A stretch of DNA of 64,000 nucleotides from Felis catus (taxonomy: Eukaryota). The position numbers and the translations under genes were made by a program. The DNA lies in NCBI RefSeq assembly GCF_018350175.1, contig NC_058373.1, forward strand, positions 110,920,001 through 110,984,000, written 5' to 3'. Numbering within the stretch: position 1 is the first letter of the stretch; each line of letters begins with the position of its first letter. The notes under the pieces were generated by a model. The model was not told the DNA's origin. It was given only the letters and a program-made list of their open reading frames with translations, and did not search any database. This document shows positions 1 through 11,171 of this stretch, piece after piece.

Positions 1-1771
1 GGAGTGAACCTCATTCTCCTTAAACACTTGGAAACATCAGAAAACACTGGGGTGGGAGAGAAAGAGGGAGTTGTTAAGGACCCTCAAAGCTAGGTACTAC
101 AGCTTTGTAGGTACTACCTACTCTGTAGGTACTACAAAGGCTATGTGTACAAGGGTTAGAGGGCCTGTGCTTTGCAGAGCATGTTTGGCTAAAGCGGTCT
201 AGACAATACACAGCTGCAGAAAGCCTGTGCAGGTATGCGGCTGGGGGGTGGTGTAGGTCCTATGCTCCTGCAAGGGCAGCTGAATGCACAGGTTATATTC
301 GTAGCTGGATGAAAGCACAAAGCAGATAAACGTGTGCACCTGTGTTGTGGCAGCTGATTAATTCAATTAATATTTACTGAGCACCTGCAGGGCTCATGGC
401 AGTGTACTGTAGGAAAAGGAAGTATCCTCTGCCTTCAAAAAATTCATGATCTCTTTACAATAAGGCAATGACGGGGAGATGATATAACTGAGCATGCTTA
501 GGTACTGTATGAACCATATACACGAATGGCTTATTTGAATTGGGTTCTCAACATGTCAGAAAGGGCCTGTCTCACTGATTTTTCACATGCTTGAATGCTG
601 ACAGCAAGAAGTCAACTCAACAGATTCCAATCTCCTCTAGCAGATAAGGTGAAAGGGACATCAAGCACTCCAGCCATACCTCAGAGCAGAGGAGCCCATG
701 TGTTTGGAGAGAGAAGTACTTGCCAAAAGCATGAATGTCTAAGTCCAGGCTGGTCTGCAGCTAGTCTACTAAGCTTCCAAGAACCAATCACCCACTAGTA
801 GAGCCTCTATCCTGATGTTACTTAACAGCCATAAAAGCTACTTGGTCTGTATGTAGAATCACTTCAGGGTATGATCCCCCTCGTTTTTCACAGGCTTTGC
901 AGCCTTGAGCCTAGTTAGTTTTAGGACAGGTATCCAGTCTTCAAAGACTCAGAAAGTTAAAACAGAAATTCACTAGAAACAGTGGCCCAACAGACCTGTG
1001 AAGAGAGCCCAACTTGGCTGCTGGTCATCACTCCTAAAAAAAAAAATCAAAGGCCAAAATCCTGGCCACATGAGGTATATTCTGTCTGCATGAGGGAAGA
1101 TGGGCAGAACATATCTGCAGATAGCCCTTTCTCCAGTATAAGGTTTTGCTAAGAGGACCCTAATGTGAACATCTAGAGCAGACTTTTCCAACCTGTGTCC
1201 AGAGGGCACTGGGGACTGGGTAGATGAATAGGAAAAGCTTATTCGTCTATCCTTCAGGTACCTTGCCAGGTTGGCGACAGCTCCTTCAAGCCACACTGGC
1301 TTTGAGTCAGAATGTCAACTCAGAAGAGGAAATCTGGGGCTGGGAAGAACCACCAAATTCTTAAGCCCAAACAGCAAGAAGAGAGTCTATGATGAAAGCA
1401 TTTACTTCTATCAGGCAACCGGCCAGCTGGTGGGAAATACTGAGCTATTATATTCCCTTCCTTTACAGGCTAGGTTCAAAATAGACCACTTGAAACTCAC
1501 TACGGAGTTCATGCCTAAGGGGGCATCCCACCCTCTGCTGTTGTATCAACAAGCACAGACTAGCTCTTGAAAAGAAGTGTATCTCATTTCCCTCACTGCA
1601 AGCCTCTCCATGGTTGAGACAAAGGGAACCACTCCGTAGCACCCTCACACTTCCACTTCGTCCACAGTGTCTAAGCAGTGATCACACACACCCTTTCTCT
1701 GCAGAGTGCTTTGATCCCTCTCATCTGTATCCTCACATTTATACTGATCAAGAGAAGATATTTAAAACCAC

Positions 1772-1994
1772 TTTTTTTTTAATGTTTATTTATTTTTGAA
1801 GGAGACAGAGACATAGTGTGAGTTGGGGGGGGGGGGGGCGGGGGCAGAGAGAGAGGGAGACACAGAATCTGAAGCAGGCTCCAGGCTCTGAGCTGGCAGC
1901 ACAGAGCCCAACCTGGGGCTCAAACCCACAAACCGCGAGATCATGACCTGAGCTGAAGTCAGATGCTCAACTGACTGAGCCACCCAGGCGCCCC
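1772..1994 (-). mobile_element. CAN-SINE
   Basis: GGGGCGCCTGGGTGGCTCAG head on the minus strand, (CT)n and A-tail; TSD ttaaa(a/g)ccact. Confidence 0.95.
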
Positions 1995-2285
1995 TTAAAG
2001 CCACTCTTAATAGAGGTTTCCATGACATTTTTTGATGATCTTTTCTGGTGGCTCACAGCATGTCATTTATAAGTTTTATGTTTTGTTTTCGTTCTTTAAT
2101 GCCATTAAAATCTACTTAAAAAATAACTAAATGATGGTTCCTCCAATATTACCTTCAATGCAAAGATAGAGCTATAAAAAAAATTCACTCTCACTGCTCT
2201 TGCCTTTTATTCTTCCAAAAAATTTTAAGAGGAAGGTACAGAAATTTCCTATATGCTCCCTGTCTCCACATATGCATCCTCTTGT

Positions 2286-2497
2286 CTAAAAAAAATTTTT
2301 TTAACATTTATTTATTTTTGAGAGAAAGAGAGTGTGAGCAGGAGAGGGGCAGAGAGAGAGGGAGACATAGAATCCAAAGCAGGCTCCAGGCTGCGCTGTC
2401 AGCACCGAACCGAACACAGGGCTTGAACTCACAAGCGGTGAGACCATGACCTGAGCTGAAGTTGGACACCCAAATGACTGAGCCACCCAGGTGCCCC
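2286..2497 (-). mobile_element. CAN-SINE
   Basis: Typical head, body and tail. Confidence 0.93.
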
Positions 2498-2559
2498 ATT
2501 GTTTTATAATACCCCAATACCAAAACCTTCACAGCCTTTTATCGTGGATTCCATTTTAT

Positions 2560-2839
2560 CTTATTTTATACAAGTGAAGAGCTGAGATCAAGAGTTGGAT
2601 GCTTAACCTACTGAGCCACCCAAGCACCCCTATGGATTCCATTTAAAATTTTCTTTTTTAACATTTATTCATATTTTGAGAGAGAGAGAGAGAGAGACAG
2701 AGCATGAGTAGGGGGAGGGGCAGAAAGAGAGGGAGACACAGAATCTCTGAGCTGTAAGCAGGGCTCAAACCCACGAACCAGGAGATCATGACCTGAGCCG
2801 AAGTTGGACGCTTAACCGATTGAGCCACCCAGGCGCCCC
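2560..2839 (-). mobile_element. Two tandem CAN-SINE insertions (short head 2575-2630; internally deleted copy 2647-2838)
   Basis: Two heads; three copies of TGGATTCCATTT. Confidence 0.88.
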
Positions 2840-4585
2840 TATGGATTCCATTTTAAAGTCATGTTCCTTTTCTTTGCTCTTGTTAACACTTATGCCCAAT
2901 TCCCCTTATTTCTCTCAAATTAGGAGCTCCCAAATGAGACTCAGCCCTGTGTAAAAGAGCTGGCCAGATGTTTGCAGAGGATGACCTCACTGCTGGCAAC
3001 GTTTTCAATATTGTTAGTATAGCACTTAGTCATTTTTAGTTCATGGTTTAAATGAGTAGTTAAGACTATGGCACAATAAACCTTCTCTGATATCCAATTT
3101 TATCACTATTGTTAATAAGCTAATTATTGTGCATATTATAGTTACTGAATTACAAAACTGCAAGACACCTCCACAAATCATCCACTTATCCACCAAGATG
3201 CACACAGTCTAACTGCTTTGACTTTACTTACTACTTTCCAACCTATGATCCATTGAGGCAGCTTTTGGTTTAACTATAGCTTATAGGAGAATTCCAACAT
3301 TTTGAGAATACATTTTGAAAAGAGAAAAATGGAAAAGGGCTAGTTGTTTAATAGCCACACAACACTCTTGACTGATACCATCATGTACATGTTAATTAAG
3401 GAAAAAGTCAGTTGATTTTTAATGAACACCTACTATGTACAGGCACCATGCTAGGTAGGCACTGTGGAAGATACAGTCTCTACACTCACAGAGCTTCTAG
3501 TCTAATTTAAGAAACATGATATGGATCATAAACCCCTATCTGCAACAGTTATGAAATCCAAAAAGCTTTGAACACCTAAGATCTTCATAATTCATTTGGT
3601 GGCATTATCCTGAGGTGAGGCTAATTGATAGTCTTCACTTATCCTTCTTCATGTAAATATCAGTTTTTGCTGTAAAAACAATAGCATGTTTGATTGTAGG
3701 ATGCCACCCAAACACTGTAATGTTAGATCTACAACACTCTGAATTTTGAACACATTTTCTCTAATGGCTTCAAATAAGCTGACCATGGACCTGAAAATTG
3801 ACATGAGAGAGGAAATAACGCAAGCCCGTTAACTCCATCCATTGAGTGAGGGATTAGGCATAAGATGGGTTAGCCTATAACTCTCTTAGCTCTCAGTATC
3901 TCTAAAAAATCTACTCTAAGTGACACATGAGTGTCACAGTTATATCTAAATTAACTTAGTCCCTTGAAAAGAGTTAGGGACAGTGGCAACAATATAATTG
4001 GAAGTTTGGGCCCCATTTTATTAAAACTTGGACCTAACTCAGTCCAGACATAGTAATATTTGTGCATTTCCTCTTTAGAAGCAGAAGTTTGCTTTTTCAT
4101 CTGTTGAACGGAACCGTGCTTATTTCAAGTCATTCTCCCCTCCAAGGTCAGGGATTCCTATCTCAGTCACTAGGATTAGAGCCATTCCAAGTATGGGGTC
4201 ACCCTCAGAGTTAAGTGAGACCTTTGCTGTTTTCATTAACCACCCCTCCACTTTGTGGCCATTGTAATCAGGAGGCCTGGAAGAGGGTCTATGTGGTCAA
4301 TAACCTCCTGCTCACCTTCAGCAGCAAGGAGTAGCCCCCAAATTCCAGTTTTGACTTGTTTGCAAACTCCTGGTCTAGAGTATTAACCCAGCTCATGCCA
4401 CGAGAGCTCTACTACTCAGAGACAAAGCTTAACGTAACCTGGGCTCTCTTGGAGCACTCACTCTGCACACAGCAGAGCCTGAAGCCACAGCTGGGTTATT
4501 GTACTAGACCAGGAGAAATCAAACAATAGCTGCTACTTTGTTTTTGTACAGCACATGACCTAAGAGAAGATCCTACATTTAAAAA

Positions 4586-4803
4586 ACATTTTTTTTAATG
4601 TTTATTTTTGGGAGAGAGAGAGCACGCGTGCACGCGCATGAGTGGGGGAGGGGCAGATAGAGAGAGACACACAGAATCTGAAACAGGCTCCAGGCTCTGA
4701 ACTATCAGCACAGAGCCCTACGCAGGGCTCAAACCCATGAACTATGAGATTATGACCTGAGCCAAAGTCAGACGCTAAACCGACTGAGCCACCCAGGTGC
4801 CCC
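4586..4803 (-). mobile_element. CAN-SINE
   Basis: TSD AGAAGATCCTACATTT at 4565-4580 and 4812-4827. Confidence 0.95.
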
Positions 4804-5904
4804 TGGGAAGAAGAAGATCCTACATTTTTAAAGGAATGTAAAACAAACAGGAATGCGACAGACTGTACAGGCCCACAAAATCAAAAATATGTACAGAAAA
4901 AGTTTTCTGACCCCTGCTTTCTCACTCCCAAAGTGGCCTGGAAGAAGGATTTAATGTTTGAATGCCCACTAAGTGTCCAATACCATGTGTCAATGCATAT
5001 GGCAGCAGGAAAGGGCCTCTCTAGACCCTCTCCACACATACCTGTGGATGATTTATTTAGAATCCCACCTTGGAACTCTCCGGTAGGATTTCAGAACAAA
5101 TTGATTCAACCTCGGATTTATTTTCAAAACAGCCTTTTTCTTATAATTTTCTCCCATCACACCAACACAGACAATACCAGCAAACATCTTCAGGCTTCAG
5201 ACCCCTCACCCAGGGCCCACCCACAAACCAGGCTGCATTCAGAGCTGAGGCCTGAGCTGTCACCAGCTCAGGGGGCAAAGGCACTGGTGTCCGCCCCCCC
5301 CCCCCCCCAGCTCCCCTAAGTGAAGGTTCCAAATGTTGGGAGAAGCCAAACAGGTGTAACACCAGCACTTTGTATTTTCTTCTCATTCTGTAGGTACCAG
5401 TCTGTATGAAAATGTGAAGTAAACAAAGGTTTTTCTTTTCTTTTCTTTTCTTCTTTTTTAATGGAGCCCCTAGCCTTCCCTTTTCCCCAATGGCCTCCTT
5501 TCCCAATGATGCCATAATTCTTTCTCTCCCTCCACACCTTTCCTTTCCTCCTGTCAAACTCTGTTCTGAGGGACTAATGACAACCAGAGTTTAATGTGTT
5601 TCCACCCTCATTCAATAGCATGGCAGAGAACCAGGTGATTAAGTGTGGTCTTTGAGACACTGGATATAGAAGTATTAAATGTGGGACTAAAGCTGGCCCT
5701 GATCTGGTCATCTTTCTGTCTACCTACATGTCATACTCTTAATGAACCTGACCCACCATACTGACCTGGTAATAACCTACTTCCCATAGATATGTCCAGA
5801 GAAACCCACTGCTTGCCCTGTTGACCACTTTTGGATTTTTTCCCTCTCTGAGGACAGAGAACTCTCTCAGACTTAGCATGCAACACAAAGAGTTAGATGC
5901 CTAG

Positions 5905-6052
5905 GTTTTTTCATTTTTTGTTTTTTTTTTTTTTTAAGTAGGGCTTCCTGCCCAGCATGAAGCCCACCACAGGGCTTGAATTCACGACCTTGAGATCAAG
6001 ACTTGAGCTGAGAATAAACATTAGAAAACAGACTGAGCCTCCCAGGTGCCCC
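5905..6052 (-). mobile_element. Short older CAN-SINE
   Basis: Head and T-tract; TSD tagatgc(c/a)tag. Confidence 0.85.
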
Positions 6053-6109
6053 TAGATGCATAGCTTTTTAAAGTCCATGTATGTTATCTTTGCTAGTGGA
6101 AAGGCCATA

Positions 6110-6350
6110 CGGCGACAGGATTAAGAGCCAGGGCTCTGGAGCAGACTGTTCAAATTCAAATCCCAGCTCTGTCACTAACTAACTGTGCAACCTTGGGCCT
6201 TGGTTTCTTTGTCTATAAAGTGAGAATATTAACATTACCAAATTTACAGGGTGGTTGTGAAGATTTACATCTATGAAACTTCATATGTATATATGTGCAA
6301 TACCTAGGACAATGCTTAGCAGTTAGAAAGAGAGCAGGAAATACCTATTA
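6110..6350 (+). mobile_element. MIR
   Basis: MIR core 'ttcaaatcccagctctgtcacta…ctgtgcaaccttgggc…tttgtctataaagtgag'. Confidence 0.7.
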
Positions 6351-6429
6351 ATATCAGTAGTAGTAGTAGTAGAAACCTGTCCCTCAATCCCATTGTTTTG
6401 AGCTCATCCACACTTTTCTTTAAAAAGCA

Positions 6430-7740
6430 TGATATGTGCCAAGGACTTTGCTAGACATTGGGGTAACAAAGATGATTAAATCTCATCCCTGCCCTCAGGA
6501 GCTGGCAGGTAAGTATTTGAGACAGTCTAAAAACAGGCTACGTCCTAATGTGGAGAGAGATAAATAGCCAGGGCCTTCCAGAAGCACAACAGAGATGGCC
6601 TTCTGCCAAAGTGGGTAGGTAGGAATTAGAATTTAAATCTTATAAGAAGAATAGGAATTTTCCAGGCATAGTGGAGGAAGATGGAGAAGAGGTAGGCATG
6701 ACAGGCAGGGGTATTCCAAGTAAGAGGAAAACATACACAAGGCATGAAAGGAAGGAAGGGATAGCCTGAAGTTCATGGGAAACTTCTAGGAGCATGGTGA
6801 GGTTTGGGAGACAGACCAAGGACCATATCCCAGTCAGCCTTTATATGTTGCGCTAAAGGAGCTGAGTAGCGGGAAGTCAGTGAAGGGTTCTAAATGTTCA
6901 GAATGGCTAGATTTTCCTTCCAGAAAGCTTCCTCTGGCAGGTGTATGAAGGAATCGATTTAAAGAGGAAGGAACACAATTACAAGCAGGGAAAACAATTA
7001 GGATGTGATTAAAGTAGTTGAGACAAGAGATGATGTGGGTATGAACTAGGGTTTTGGTAGTCAAGTTGGTAAGGAATGATCAGGTTACAAAACTATTTAG
7101 GACACTGGTGGGCAAGTGGAAATGGCATGTTAGAGGAAGAAAAGGGTCCAGAGTGACTTCTCCATGTTGGGTGACTAAGTGGATGGTGATTCTATCAACC
7201 AGGAGGACAACTGCAAGAGCAGGAGGTTTGTAAGAAGGAATGATGATTTCAGTGGGTCAGAAACATGTATCAAGTCCACATGCTGTGATAGCCATAGTGT
7301 TAGAAGTTGGGTATGCAATCATGAAGCAAAACGAAGAGGCTCTCTGCTTTCATGGTGATTTCAGTTAGTGGGGAACATAAATAGCCACTGAATCATTACA
7401 AATAATTTATAATTTACAAATTGCAAAGTGCTTCAGAGAAGTATGGGTAGTAGACAAAGGGTAACAGGGTAACTTACCTACCCTGGGGGATATGGGAAGT
7501 CCTCCAGAGAAAGTGGCCTTTAAATTGATACCAATGGGACAAATAAGATTTAGACAGGTAAAGAATGGGGGAAGAGCATGCATAAGGACAGCAGTAGGAG
7601 TCTCAGACATCCTGTGGGATATCCAGGTGGAAACACTTAGCCTGAGGCTAAGTCCTAGGGAAACAGTCTGGAGATATTTAGAGTCATCAGCAATAAATAG
7701 GTGGCAGCAAAAACACCAGAAGCAGGCAAGATGGTTCTAA
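6430..7740 (-). mobile_element. L2 fragments; the L2-like sequence resumes after the L1/SINE insertion at ~9965-10400
   Basis: Purine-rich antisense L2-type motifs ('gtgactaagtggatggtgattc', 'gatatccaggtggaaa'). Confidence 0.55.
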
Positions 7741-7753
7741 AAAGGGAGGTATA

Positions 7754-9413
7754 ATGAATTTAGCAAAGTTGCAGGATACAAAAATCAATGTACAGAAATC
7801 AGTTGCATTCTTATACCTAATAATGAAGCAACAGAAAGACAAATAAAGAAACTGATTCCATTCACAATTGCACCAAGAAGCATAAAATACCTAGGGATAA
7901 ATCTAACCAAAGATGTAAAAGATCTGTATGCTGAAAACTATAGAAAGCTTATGAAGGAAATTGAAGAAGATATAAAGAAATGGTAAAACATTCTGTGCTC
8001 ATGGATTGGAAGAATAAATATTGTCAAAATGTCAATACTACCCAAAGCTATCTACACATTCAATGCAATCCCAATCAAAATTGCACCAGCATTCTTCTCA
8101 AAACTAGAACAAGCAATCCTAAAATTCGTATGGAACCACAGAAGGCCCCGAATAGCCAAAGTAATTTTGAAGAAGAAGACCAAAGCAGGAGGCATCACAA
8201 TCCCAGACTTTAGCCTCTACTACAAAGCTGTCATCATCAAGACAGCATGGTGTTGGCACGAAAACAGACACATAGACCAATGGAATAGAATAGAAACCCC
8301 AGAACTAGACCCACAAACATATGGCCAACTAATCTTTGACAAAGCAGGAAAGAACATCCAATGGAAAAAAGACAGTCTCTTTAACAAATGGTGCTGGGAG
8401 AACTGGACAGTAACATGCAGAAGATTGAAACTAGACCACTTCTCACACCATTCACAAAAATAAAGTAAAAATGGATAAAGGACCTGAATGTGAAACAGGA
8501 AACCATCAAAACCCTAGCGGAGAAAGCAGGAAAAGACCTCTCTGACCTCAGCCGTAGCAATTTCTTACTTGACACATCCCCAAAGGCAAGGGAATTGAAA
8601 GCAAAAATGAACTACTGGGACCTTATGAAGATAAAAAGCTTCTGCACAGCAAAGGAAACAACCAACAAAACTAAAAGGCAACCAACGGAATGGGAAAAGA
8701 TATTTGCAAATGACATATCGGACAAAGGGCTAGTATCCAAAATCTATAAAGAGCTCACCAAACTCCACACCCAAAAAGCAAATAACCCAGTGAAGAAATG
8801 GGCAGAAAACATGAATAGACACTTCTCTAAAGAAGACATCCGGATGGCCAACAGGCACATGAAAAGATGCTCAACGTCGCTCCACATGAGGGAAATACAA
8901 ATCAAAACCACACTCAGATATCACCTCACACCAGTCAAAGTGGCCAAAATGAACAAATCAGGAGACTATAGATGCTGGAGAGAATGTGGAGAAACGGGAA
9001 CCCTCTTGCACTGTTGGTGGGAATGCAAACTGGTGCAGCCACTCTGGAAAACAGTGTGGAGGTTCCTCAAAAAATTAAAAATAGACCTACCCTATGACCC
9101 AGCAATAGCACTGCTAGGAATTTACCCAAGGGATACAGGAGTACTGATGCACAGGGGCACTTGTACCCCAATGTTTACAGCAGCACTCTCAACAATAGCC
9201 AAATTATGGAAAGAGCCTAAATGTCCATCAACGGATGAATGGATAAAGAAATTGTGGTTTATATACACAATGGAGTACTATGTGGCAATGAGAAAGAATG
9301 AAATATGGACCTTTGTAGCAACATGGATGGAACTGGAGAGTGTTATGCTAAGTGAAATAAGCCATACAGAGAAAGACAGATACCATATGGTTTCACTCTT
9401 ATGTGGATCCTGA
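7754..9413 (+). pseudogene. Disrupted L1 ORF2 (end of RT domain and Cys-rich C-terminus)
   Basis: 5' truncated; frameshift near 8440 splits the two ORF-track pieces; a stop and further indels lie upstream of 8029; stop at 9411-9413. Confidence 0.9.
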
Positions 9414-9690
9414 GAAACTTAACAGAAACCCAGGGGGAGGCGAAGAAAAAAAAAAAAAAAAAAAAAAAGAGGTTAGAGTGGGAGAGAGCCAAAGCATAAG
9501 AGACTCTTAAAAACTGAGAACTGAGGGTTGATGGGGGGTGGGAGGGAGGGGAGGGTGGGTGAGGGGTACTGAGGAGGGCACATTTTGGGATGAGCACTGG
9601 GTGTTGTATGGAAACCAATTTGACAATAAATTTCATATATTGAAAAAAAATAAAATAAATTTTAATTTATGTTTCTAAAAAAATAAAAAT
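7754..9690 (+). mobile_element. 5'-truncated young felid LINE-1 (3' part of ORF2, 3'UTR, A-tail)
   Basis: ORF-track peptides 8029-8463 and 8490-9413 are typical L1 ORF2 C-terminal sequence (…[19 protein letters not shown]…). G-rich 3'UTR, AATAAA at 9625-9630, A-rich tail. Confidence 0.97.
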
Positions 9691-9707
9691 AAAAAAAGGG
9701 GTATAGA

Positions 9708-9947
9708 GGGGCGCCTGGGTGGCTCAGTCAGTTGGGCGTCCCACTTCGGCTCAGGTCATGATCTCACGGTCTGTGAGTTCGAGCCCCGCGTCAGGCTCTG
9801 TGCTGACAGCTCAGAGCCTGGAGCCTGTTTCAGATTCTGTGTCTCCCTCTCTCTCTGACCTTCCCCCATTCATGCTCTGTCTCTCTCTGTCTCAAAAATG
9901 AATAAACGTTAAAAAAATTTTTTTTTTAACATAAAAATATAAAAAAT
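9708..9947 (+). mobile_element. Young CAN-SINE directly behind the L1 tail
   Basis: TSD AAAAAAGGGGTATAGAG at 9692-9708 and 9948-9964. Confidence 0.96.
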
Positions 9948-11115
9948 AAAAAAGGGGTATAGAGTGTCCACAATGAGGCTGCGGACGGCTCTTAGAAACC
10001 CTTGGGGTATGCTAAGAAAAAGTAGCCAACAAAGAACAAGGCAAGTCAGGAGATAACCGTGTCTGGAAGCCTCAGGGGAAAAAACTTCCAGAAGCAAGGA
10101 GCGAACAACAGCTTCTAACACCCCAGAGAACTTTGGTTATTCACAAATGGTGGCTGACAGAATAGTTTCTGTGAAGTCCTGGGGCCACAAGCCCAACTGA
10201 AGTGGGGCGTGGAATAAATAAGGAAAAGATAATATGTAGCGCGTTCCTTTGAAATTTTTGATGGGGCTTTGACAATAGGTAGACAGAGATGCGGGGCCAG
10301 AGGACAGTTTTATCTAATGGGAGAAGCCTGAGTTTGTCTATATGCTCCAGAAAAACAGCGAGAAAGAAAAGGGATGAAGACTCAAAAGAGGTTGAGACCT
10401 CTCACACAGTGGGAATTTAACAGAATTTAACACAGCATTGGGCAAAAACATTCAACAGTTTTCCAGATCCTCGACTGGATATAGCTCTTTCTCTCTCGCC
10501 CAGAGGGTACAAGTCTGCACTCCCTAGATCAGTTGTGCCTCTGCTGGTCTTACAGAATTTCCCCTAGCTTGACCAGGTCCAGAAAGCCACATGGGTGGGA
10601 GGAAACCTCCTCAAATTCCCATCCCATCCTCCAGGATGCCGGGAGACTCACTCCCTGCTCCAGGCCAAGGCCTTGCCCCTCATTAATGAGAAAACTGAGA
10701 AACTCGGTATTATTTCCTGATGAACAAAACAGCACTACCTCAGCCCAGAAACTTTCCTACAAATGAGTTCTCTGTGATCACAGAGAGCCTGGCAGAGAAG
10801 GGCTGCTGATGCCCCTCAGATGGGCCCGGCTCCATGATCACCCCTTTCAGGAAGTGGCGCCTGACTGAGGTCATCCTTGGGGCCCTTGCCCTTAATTTGG
10901 GGCAACTCGCCAGAAAGCAGGCACCTCACACAACCACTCTGTGGTCAAATGACAGCGGGGACGCCTGGAACCAGTTGGCTCTGTAGAAGAAAAGGGCAGT
11001 CCTGATGCTCCACTAAACAGGCAGAGGGCTTCTCAACCAGCAGAACACTTTGAGGAGTAGTGAATAAACTCAAAAAGCAGCGGCAGCTTGTAAAAAGCTA
11101 AGAGAGAGGGAAAGA

Positions 11116-11131
11116 GTGTGTGTGTGGGTGT

Positions 11132-11170
<39 letters not shown>
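11116..11170. repeat. Compound (GT)n(GA)n(GACA)n microsatellite
   Basis: Seen directly. Confidence 0.92.

Positions 11171-11171
<1 letters not shown>

Noticed and set aside
3530..3795. Possible Tigger/MER46-like DNA transposon fossil
   Set aside because: Only a weak resemblance of one terminus by eye; needs RepeatMasker.
8490..9413. 307-aa ORF as a host gene or active reverse transcriptase
   Set aside because: It is the C-terminus of L1 ORF2 in a 5'-truncated, frameshifted copy.
9708..9790. tRNA-like A/B boxes (here and in every SINE head)
   Set aside because: These are tRNA-derived CAN-SINE heads, not tRNA genes. The recurring 'MAQSV…SAQVMIS…' ORFs are SINE translations.
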